IMG/VR virus record: IMGVR_UViG_3300047564_000143
Span: 1-24,446 of that record
DNA length: 24,446 bases
Reading direction: 5' to 3' (one strand)
Source of the DNA: a virus
Taxonomy: Duplodnaviria; Caudoviricetes
Below the pieces are notes generated by a model, which searched no databases, was not told where the DNA came from, and saw only the letters and a program-made list of their open reading frames with translations. A program made the position numbers and the translations under genes. Shown one piece after another: positions 9,791 to 18,500 of the stretch. Position 1 is the stretch's first letter. Each line of letters opens with the position of its first letter.

Positions 9791-11009
9791 AGGCGGATCT
9801 TCTCCTCCTCCACAGCCTACTCAGGTTAGTCAACTAACCATACCGGAGTATGCCCAGCCATACATGGAAAAGCTTCTGGGCAAATCAGAGGCTTTAACAG
9901 AACAACCTTTGCCTTCTTATACCGGTGAAAGAAGGGCTGCTCCCAGTCAATCTCAGTTGGATCTATACAAATCTGTGTCCCAGATGCAGACCCCTGGAGG
10001 GTTTAAAACTGCTCAGGATATGGCTAAGTTTGGCGGCTCAGAAGCTTTGCGGCTTTCTCAATACACTCCCACTCAGTTTCAAATGCAGAATGTGAGTGGT
10101 CAACCCCTTCAACAGTACCAAATGACTGCCGCCCAGACTGGGTTTAGGCCTGATATCCAGCCAGCAGAACAGTTTACCGCCGAGACAGCACAGCAATATA
10201 TGTCTCCCTATATGCAACAGGTGGTTGACATCCAGAAGAGGAAGGCTATCGATGATGCTCAACAGGCTCAACTGGGACAGAACTTAGCTGCTTCCCGGCA
10301 GGGAACCTATGGCGGAAGTCGGCAAGCAGTTCTCCAAGCACAAAGGGAAAAAGCCCTTGGAGAGAACCTGTCCGATATCCAGTTTAGAGGCCAACAAGCG
10401 GCGTTTGAACAGGCCCAGCAGCAGTTCGAAAGGGATCGGGCTGCAAAGATGCAGACACAGGCCTTATCGGTCGATGTAGGCCTTAAAACAGCCCTTGCTA
10501 ATCTGGACGCAGATGCACAGTCCCGAGTGCAAAACCTGGCGGCACAGCTTCAAACTCAGGGTTTATCAGCAGATCAGGCGTTGAGGTCAGCACTTGCTAA
10601 CCAACAACAGTTTGCTGATATGCAGAAGATGGCAGAGCAGTCTCGACAGTTTGGTACTGAGACCGGCCTTAGAGGTGCTGAACAGTATGCACGGGCGGGT
10701 GCGTTAACTGGTGAGCTTGCTGGTGCAGAAGCGCAAGCAAATGTTGCCCTTACACAATTGCAGTCCCAGATTGCTTCTCTTGAACAGCAAGGAAGACAAG
10801 CAGAGATTGATGCTCTTATTGCTAAGTTCCAAGAAGAGCAGGCAGGACCATTTAAACAACTTGGCTTTATGTCTGACATCCTTCGGGGCACCAGTGCTTT
10901 GCAGGGCGGTAGAACTCTTTATGAAGCTCCTCAGAGTTTTGCCCAACAAGCGGTTGGTTTGGGATTACCGGCATATGCCATGTACAGAGGGTTGACACAA
11001 CCAGGATAG
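9783..11009 (+). CDS. Putative DNA transfer/ejection protein, Gln/Ala-rich coiled coil
   Basis: MGKGGSS start, YMSPY.QQVVD, GTYGGSRQAV, long Q/A-rich helices and a hydrophobic C-terminal tail. Confidence 0.6.
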   Translation: MGKGGSSPPPQPTQVSQLTIPEYAQPYMEKLLGKSEALTEQPLPSYTGERRAAPSQSQLDLYKSVSQMQTPGGFKTAQDMAKFGGSEALRLSQYTPTQFQMQNVSGQPLQQYQMTAAQTGFRPDIQPAEQFTAETAQQYMSPYMQQVVDIQKRKAIDDAQQAQLGQNLAASRQGTYGGSRQAVLQAQREKALGENLSDIQFRGQQAAFEQAQQQFERDRAAKMQTQALSVDVGLKTALANLDADAQSRVQNLAAQLQTQGLSADQALRSALANQQQFADMQKMAEQSRQFGTETGLRGAEQYARAGALTGELAGAEAQANVALTQLQSQIASLEQQGRQAEIDALIAKFQEEQAGPFKQLGFMSDILRGTSALQGGRTLYEAPQSFAQQAVGLGLPAYAMYRGLTQPG

Positions 11010-11013
11010 TGTT

Positions 11014-12510
11014 ATGAACCTTATTGAAATTTCTGAACAGTTAAAGGATGTTCCTGACCAGTATCTGGTTAGTGAAGTCCAGAACCCCACAGGTTCTTAT
11101 CCCGCCTATCTGGTGGTGTCTGAACTGACCCGCCGGAAACGGATGCGGGAGGGGGCTTTAAAAGAAAAACCTGAGACTAGCGTCACAGAAGACTTGATAG
11201 GTATTGCCGCCACTCCTGAAGCGGCTGATTCCACCTTGGGATCTGCCAAGCAGATGATGGCTCAGGCTCCTCAAATGGCTCCTCAGATGCCTGCTCAATT
11301 GGCGGGACAGATGCCTCAGATGCCCCAAATGATGTCTGGTGGTGGGTTAGTTGCCTTTGAGAAGGGTGGCCCTATCCGGGCATTCGATGGAATGTTTACT
11401 GGGGATTACACGCAACCAACTTTTGAAGATGAATTAGAGGCCTATCGTCCAAAAGGATTGTCCCGTATTTTGGGGGGTCCAGAAGGCATTGGCGCTGGAG
11501 ATGTTCGGTTTCGTCTTTCTCAGTTAGGATATACAAATCAAGATATCGCCAACATGGATCCTGCCATGCAACGAATGATCGTTGACAAGGCTTTGCCTAC
11601 GGGCGTTACACCCATGGCTCCTGCTGTTGCGGCTCCTGTCGCTGCTGCACCTAAACCTGCTCCTAGTGCCGCTCCGGGTGTTACTCCTAGTGCTGCTCCT
11701 GCCCCTGCTCCCACCGGCATTAGAGCGGCGGCTCCTCAGTTGCCTATTGATTTGCAAGAGTTATTGAACTCTGCAAAAGGTCAAACAGGGATTCCTTCTA
11801 CTCAAGATGTACAAGCTGCTAGAACAAAAGCAACTTCTGAGTTTGATGAACGTTTTCCCTTCAGACAAAAAGAGATCCTTGAGAAAAGGATTGCTGAAAG
11901 AACAGAAGAACTTCAGCGGGACAAGAAGATGAGCTTCAATGATGCTCTGCTTGCCGCAGGAGCGGCTGTTCTGTCTGCTCCAGGCGGCGGTACCAAGTGG
12001 ATGGGTGAAGGCCTTAAGGCGTTTAACCAGACCATGATTGAAGGCAAGAAGGATATGCGGAAGGCTCAACAGCTTATTGAGCAGTCTGAGATGGATCTTA
12101 TGCAGGCAGAAAGTCTTCGGGATCAAGGCAGGTTTGCTGCTGCTGACCGGGCGGAAGAAAAAGCGTTTACACGGGCAGAGAAGGCAAGACAGTTTGCTCA
12201 GAGTGATGCTGCTATTGGTTTACAAGCGTATAAAGCACGGGCTGATGCGCTTGAATCAGAATCTAAGGCTGGTTACTACGATGCCGCAGCAAGAACTGCT
12301 GGTATTGCTAAAGTGAAACCCGCTGAACCTCTTACAAGTATTGAGGTGATGATGGAGAAGCAAAGAATCAAAGAAGCCAATCCCAAAGCAACTGATGCAC
12401 AAATTGAACAGTTTCTTAAGCAGATGTATGGGGATAGATATGTTGCTGTACCAACCATACCCCCATTGGTTAGAGGTACTGGAACAACTGGCGCAACTCT
12501 TCCTCAATAA
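11014..12510 (+). CDS. Putative internal virion/ejection protein
   Basis: Helical protein with PQM and Ala/Pro low-complexity linkers. Lies between the ejection-like gene and the giant gene. Confidence 0.55.
   Translation: MNLIEISEQLKDVPDQYLVSEVQNPTGSYPAYLVVSELTRRKRMREGALKEKPETSVTEDLIGIAATPEAADSTLGSAKQMMAQAPQMAPQMPAQLAGQMPQMPQMMSGGGLVAFEKGGPIRAFDGMFTGDYTQPTFEDELEAYRPKGLSRILGGPEGIGAGDVRFRLSQLGYTNQDIANMDPAMQRMIVDKALPTGVTPMAPAVAAPVAAAPKPAPSAAPGVTPSAAPAPAPTGIRAAAPQLPIDLQELLNSAKGQTGIPSTQDVQAARTKATSEFDERFPFRQKEILEKRIAERTEELQRDKKMSFNDALLAAGAAVLSAPGGGTKWMGEGLKAFNQTMIEGKKDMRKAQQLIEQSEMDLMQAESLRDQGRFAAADRAEEKAFTRAEKARQFAQSDAAIGLQAYKARADALESESKAGYYDAAARTAGIAKVKPAEPLTSIEVMMEKQRIKEANPKATDAQIEQFLKQMYGDRYVAVPTIPPLVRGTGTTGATLPQ
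11257..11713 (+). repeat. Low-complexity coding repeats (PQM-rich and AAP/PSAAP-rich)
   Basis: MAQAPQMAPQMPAQLAGQMPQMPQMM (about 11257-11334) and APAVAAPVAAAPKPAPSAAPGVTPSAAPAPAP (about 11615-11713). Confidence 0.7.
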
Positions 12511-12513
12511 GTT

Positions 12514-15500
12514 ATGGCTTATCAAATCACCCTGCCTGATGGGTCAATCGGCCTAATCGATGATTCAGTTCCTCGTAATCGGGCTATGGAAGCAGCCCAA
12601 GCGGCTTATCCAGATGCCTTCCCTGGTATTGGAGAACAGCTTCTAGGTGCCCCAGGAGAGCTTCTAAAGGGTCTTGGAAGAGGGATTGTTGATCCAGTTA
12701 CAGGTCTAGCTTCTACCGCCTATACAGGTCTTAGAGCGGCAGGGGTTGAGATGGCCCCGTTTGCAGAGACTGGGGTAGGTAAAGGACTTGCAGGCGTTCA
12801 GGAGTATCTCGCTCCTGACTACGGGACGGTTTCTGAGTTTGCTGGTGCGGTGGGTGGACTGGGTTCTTTTTTAATTCCCGGCACCTTAATGGCAAAAGGA
12901 CTGGGAAGAGCCGCCACTCTAGGTGGCATGGCTACCGGTCTGGGTGCAGAAGAAGCCAGAAGCCGGGTAGAACAGGCCAGAGCAGAAGGAACCGATGTTT
13001 CAACGGGCCAAGAGTTTGCTGCTCAGTTAGGCGGTACAGCAATCGGTCTGACTGAACTTGCTCCTATTGAGCGTTTAACTGGGCCATTACAAGCAATCCT
13101 GCGTGGGGTGAAGAAGTCTGACGCCGATATGATTGCTCCCGGACTGTTTAACAGTGCCAAGAGGATGGTTGAGACCGGCGGTATCGAAGGTCTTCAAGAG
13201 GGTATGGCGAATGTCGCTCAGGATCTTCTTGCCAAAGGTATATATAACCCAGAACTGGACATTGGTGAATCTGCTCTAGGTGATGCGGCAATGGGTGCCT
13301 CTGTGGGTGCCTTTGCTCAAGGGGTTATTGAACTCGTCACCAAAGGAAAGAGAAAGACTCTCTATGACAACCTTAAAGCCGAGGAAGATGCGAAGACCAG
13401 AACCGCTGAAGCCGAAAAGGCAAGACTGGCTGAAGAGGCGGAGCGAAAGAAAACTCTTGAAAACTTTGGTATTGAAGGACAACCCCTCCTTCTAGCGGCA
13501 CCTCAGGCACAGGTCACCCCCAGCAGGGAAGAGAAGTCTGCTCTTGATAAATACGGCGTAGAAGAAAAAGAACTCTTTGAGCCTTTTGGAACTTTTAGTC
13601 GGGATGAACTAGATCCTACTGTCGTTAAGGAACTAGACAAGCGCCGCAAAGAGGCAGGGCGTCCCAAGACAGAAAGCTTCACCATTCAAGACATCGCAGA
13701 TACCGGTGTTTACAGGGCGGAGTTAGATCGTCTGCTGGCTCAAAGGTCAGGGTTTACAGGTCAAGTTACATTCAAACCAGCAGAAATTGTTGGTTTAGCG
13801 CAACAAAAGAACATCGATACCTCCACCCAAGGGTTTTCAGACTTTGTGTCTCGGGTTACAGGCATCAAGCCGATGCCCAACCTTACCGGTGCAAACGCCC
13901 TAAGAGGTTTAAACGATGTAGAACTCTTTGCTGTCCGGGAGGCTTTAAACAAGCTACCGGTCTATGAAAAGTTAAAGATTCTACCGACCGGTAAGTCTGC
14001 AAAGATCTTTGATGAAAAGCAGGCCAATAAGACCCTGACATCGATTACCAAAACCTTGAGCGATAAGTTAGGCGCTGAAGGTCTTGGAGAAACAACTATT
14101 CTTCAAGAGATTGGTGATTTCTCTGGCTTAGGGGATGTAAACGACCAGAGAAGTCTGCTTGAAAAGTACATCACCGAAGGAAAGCTGGAGCGTACCGCTA
14201 CCCCCGCCTATGGGGTATTTGATGCCAAGGGCAATCAGGTCACTGTCATTAAAGGCAAGGACGGACAACTTACCCAGGCGGAAAGGGTACAAGCCCAGCG
14301 TAAAGCCCAAGAGATTGGTGGTACGGTCAAGGGCGTAACTATCAACAACATCAAACTTGCCAGCCCTGTAAACCGTTTAATCGGCGGTGCAGACATCCGA
14401 GAGGGTGTCTACGAGGATAACAAGATCCAGGGATATGACATCACCACCGAAACCGGTGAGGTGATTGGCAAGGCGGCAAATAACAGACAAGCAGAGATTG
14501 CGGCACAGAGAGTACGGGCTGTCCGGGAACAACGCCAACAACAGCTTGTAGATGCTAAACAGAAGATTGAACAATCTATTGCCGCCAGAGAACAAGAACT
14601 GGCAGACCTAGAGGCTTTAGGTCAGAAGAACTCTGAACAGTATTCAAAGCTACAAGGTTCTGTTGCATCGCAAAAGAGAAACCTGGGTAAGGTTGAACAG
14701 AGTATTCAAGAGTTTGGTAAAGGGGTGACGGTTAATCCTCGTCATGCCAAACAGAAAAGAACTGGTTACACCTTATTCCAAGGTAATAAACCTGTAGGCA
14801 CCTATAACTCTCGCCAAGAGGCTATGGATGCCTCTGTGGTTGGTCTACCTACCGATAAGCTAGAGGCGATCCTAGACGCTTTCCCAACCTTAAAAGCTGA
14901 TGCATTACCAGGGAAAGATCGTGCAGACATACAAAGGATTCAACAGGTTGCCTCACAAGAACTGGCGGCACGAACGGGACAGGTTCCTAGTGGCGTTGGG
15001 GTTACGGTGGAAGGTGACATTACAGCGGCGGAGGAGCGTTTAGCGCTGCAAGGGATCTTCAGCCCCAGGATTAAGGAACGTGTAAACGAGCTAGATAAAA
15101 AGCTTCGAGCTGCGCTTGATAGCTTGGGCCTAAAGGATGTTCGTTTAAATATCGTTGGGGCAATCAAGGGTGAACTCGGCGTTGCTGATGGAGCCTATGC
15201 CGCTCGTCTTATCAAGATTGCTCTGGATGCAGAGAACCCTATGCGGGTTCTTCGCCATGAGTCTATTCATGCCCTTAAAGAGCTTGGTGCGTTTACACCT
15301 GACCAGTGGCGGGTGCTTGAGAACAAGGCTAAGTCTGAGTGGATTCAGAAGTACAACATCATGGGGCGGTATCAGGGTCTAGATCCTGCATCGATGATCG
15401 AAGAAGCTATTGCTGATGCGTTCTCTGATTTCAGCCAGACTAAACCTCCTGCTGGGTTGATTCGTAACATCTTTGACAAGATCAAGGCGTTCTTTACCCG

Positions 15501-18500
15501 TTTGGATAATGCGTTTAAAGGGTTTGGATTCCAAACCTCTGATGATGTGTTTACACAAGCAGAGTTAGGCCAGCTTATACCTGGCATGGGAGAGAGAGCC
15601 GCCCAGGTTCAAGGACTACAAGCACAGCGGGTTACCGCAGAAGAACCGGAAAGATATTCTCTACGTCCCAGGAAGCTAAAGAGTGGGGAGATCGTTGGGT
15701 CTCCTCCTAATGCTAGGACAGAGCCTCAAAGGACTGCTCTTGTCCGCCAGATGACAGATCTTCTTCGTTCCCCGTTCACCATGCTGGACGAGTCCAAGAA
15801 CTGGTACGAGGACAGTGGAGCGGCTATCAGAAGTATTACCCGAGGTGATCCTGAGTTAACTGAGCGGGTAGTCCGTTTAATGGCCCTGTACTCCCAGGCC
15901 AATGGGGTAGGCGGTAATACCACCGCAACCATCAAGTCCATCTATCAGCTAGCAACAGGTCAACCCACCGCATTTGCTGGTCGGTTCCCTAACACCACCG
16001 CAGAAAGGATTCCCGCAATTCTTGCCGCACCAACGATGGATGATTCGTTGCCGGGTGTTGATGACAAGCTGATGAACTTCTATCGCAATCTGCATGATGC
16101 GACCTATCAAACCGACACCTTCGATGATGCGTCAACCATTGACCGCTGGATGATGCGTCTGTTTGGCTATCCTCACACCGAGGATCAGGATGTGGGCGGT
16201 GCTAGTGGTTTATCTAACACACAATATACCTATGCCAAGGATTTGGTACGCAGGATCTCTGATGCTCATTTCCGCCGTTCTGGTGAGCGTCTGTTGCCCC
16301 GTCAGATCCAGGCGGCTCTCTGGACATACGTCAAGAATAAGACTGACTATGACTCCCTACCGGATGATAAGAAGGCTTCCTTTGAGCCTTCTATCATTGA
16401 TTTCTCTGACTACATCACCAGAGCGACTGCAAATATCACCTGGGAGACTCGTCCTTCCACCAGCATTAATCTTTTACCAGGGATTCACAAAGCTCCTAGG
16501 AATGAGCAAGAAGCGTTTAACCGGGCTGTCCGGGAGATCTTTGTTGACGAAGACGGCAACGATCTGATATTCCAGCTTCTTGGCGGAGAGCAGTTGTACT
16601 CCAGCCAGTTCTCTATGGGTGCCTATGAGAACCAGATCGCTCCTAACATCATCACCAAGCTTGTCCTGCGTAAGGATGACAATAAATATCTAGGAGATGC
16701 GGCTAATAAATACGCATCCATCGTTGGTTATGTGACCAGACAGGATGCTGTTCCTTGGTACAGAGCAGATCCTACCGCTGGCGGTAAGTTTGCTTCTACT
16801 GGATTCAGGGTTACCCCAAGCGTTGAGAATGTTGATCCTGCCTTTGAGCAAAGTCTCTTTGACCATTTAAACACGGCAATGCCTGGTGTTGGGTTCACCC
16901 GGATCGACAACGCTTTTGACTTTGTGAATTTCCGAGGCGAGGATGGCAAACCATTCTTCATGGCGGATAAGAAGTACAAAGAAAAACTACAAGAAGCATT
17001 GGAATCATTCCCTGGGGATGTAGAATTCAATGTTGAGCCTTTCCGTGCGGAGAGTGCTTACATATCCAATAACTGGAAGGAGAACGCAAATGGCGAAGGT
17101 TACCTTTCTGCCTTTAGCCCCGGAGAACTCGCCGATATACAAAACACCCTTGATGGTTGGCGCTCGTCTTACGACACAATCGCCGACCAGTTCGGGCGAG
17201 ACTTCGGATGGAACAAATTCTCCCTTAGATCTCCAGAACCTGCCGGTGGATCCAGCACTGGAAGCGGCCTTGTACTCGGAGAGTCTCAGCCGGGGGCAAA
17301 GTCCTTCACAGGAACCCACTACGGCAAGCAACGAGTAGATGTTCTATCCGGTTCTTTCTATGGAACCGGCATCAAGGGAGCAGAAGCCGCTCGTCTGGCA
17401 CAGTCCAGAGATTTCCGAATCAAGAAGCGGGTCTATTTCTATGTTCCCTTTGAAACAGGAACAATGCCCAGGCCTGAAGCCGGTCTGGGTAACTTTGTCT
17501 ACAAGCAGACCCTAAACAACATTCTCCCGCCAGGAGAGATCATGTCTCGTTTTTACAACGAGGCGGGTCAGGATGCGAATGAGTTTGAGTCTGCGATTGT
17601 TGATGCAGGCTACGACGGATACGCCGTTCCCAGCATGGGGATGATGGTTGTCTTAAACCATGACGTGCCGGTTGAATTCCTGGGTACCAGAGACACCATA
17701 AGAAATCTTACCCCGACAGAAAAGTTTTCTCTTCGTACCACCGACACTCCAGAGTTTAAACAGTGGTTCGGAAGGTCAACTATCGTTGATGCCCAGGGTC
17801 GTCCAAAGGTCATGTACCACGGAACGGCTCGGGATATTACCGAGTTTAAACCTAAGCGGTCTAGTTCGATCTTTGTTACGCCAGATCCAGAGTTTGCTGA
17901 TGATTTTGGTATCCAGTCTGAAGATTGGATGGTTGACCATGCAACAGAAATTCTAAGCGAACAAGAAATTAAGAAGGCACTTGCCGAGGGCATTACCAAA
18001 ATGACTCCTGGCTTGTCCAAAGAAAAACGAATTGCAATGCTTGCGGAGATGTTGAAGTTTCCGCTAAAGAGTATTGTCAAAGATCAAGATGCAACAGAGA
18101 TTAGAGACGCTCTAAAAAGAAGGATGCCTGCTAGACGAAATATTATGCCGGTCTATGTTCGGGCAGAGAATCCTTTTGACTTTGAAAACCCAGAGCACAT
18201 CAGAACATTAAAGCAGTACGTTGGGATGACCCCAGATACTGTCGTTGCCATCAAGAATGGTAGCTGGGACATTATTGAAGAAGATTCAATTCAAGACGCT
18301 ATCAAAGAAGCTGGATTTGATAGTTTCTACATGAAAGAAGGTGGAAGAAAGAACCTGGCGGTATACAAACCAGACCAGATTAAGTCTGTCACCGGCAACA
18401 TTGGGACATATGGTCAGAGAGAGCCGACCCTTGAAGAAGCCAAGCAGTTTGGCTTAACCATTGAAGAAGCTAAAGCTGCTCAGAAGCGGGGTGATATTCG

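Noticed and set aside
11257-11713. Short tandem-like DNA repeats considered as a CRISPR array or VNTR
   Set aside because: They are degenerate, in-frame, encode Pro/Ala/Gln linkers and have no repeat-spacer structure.
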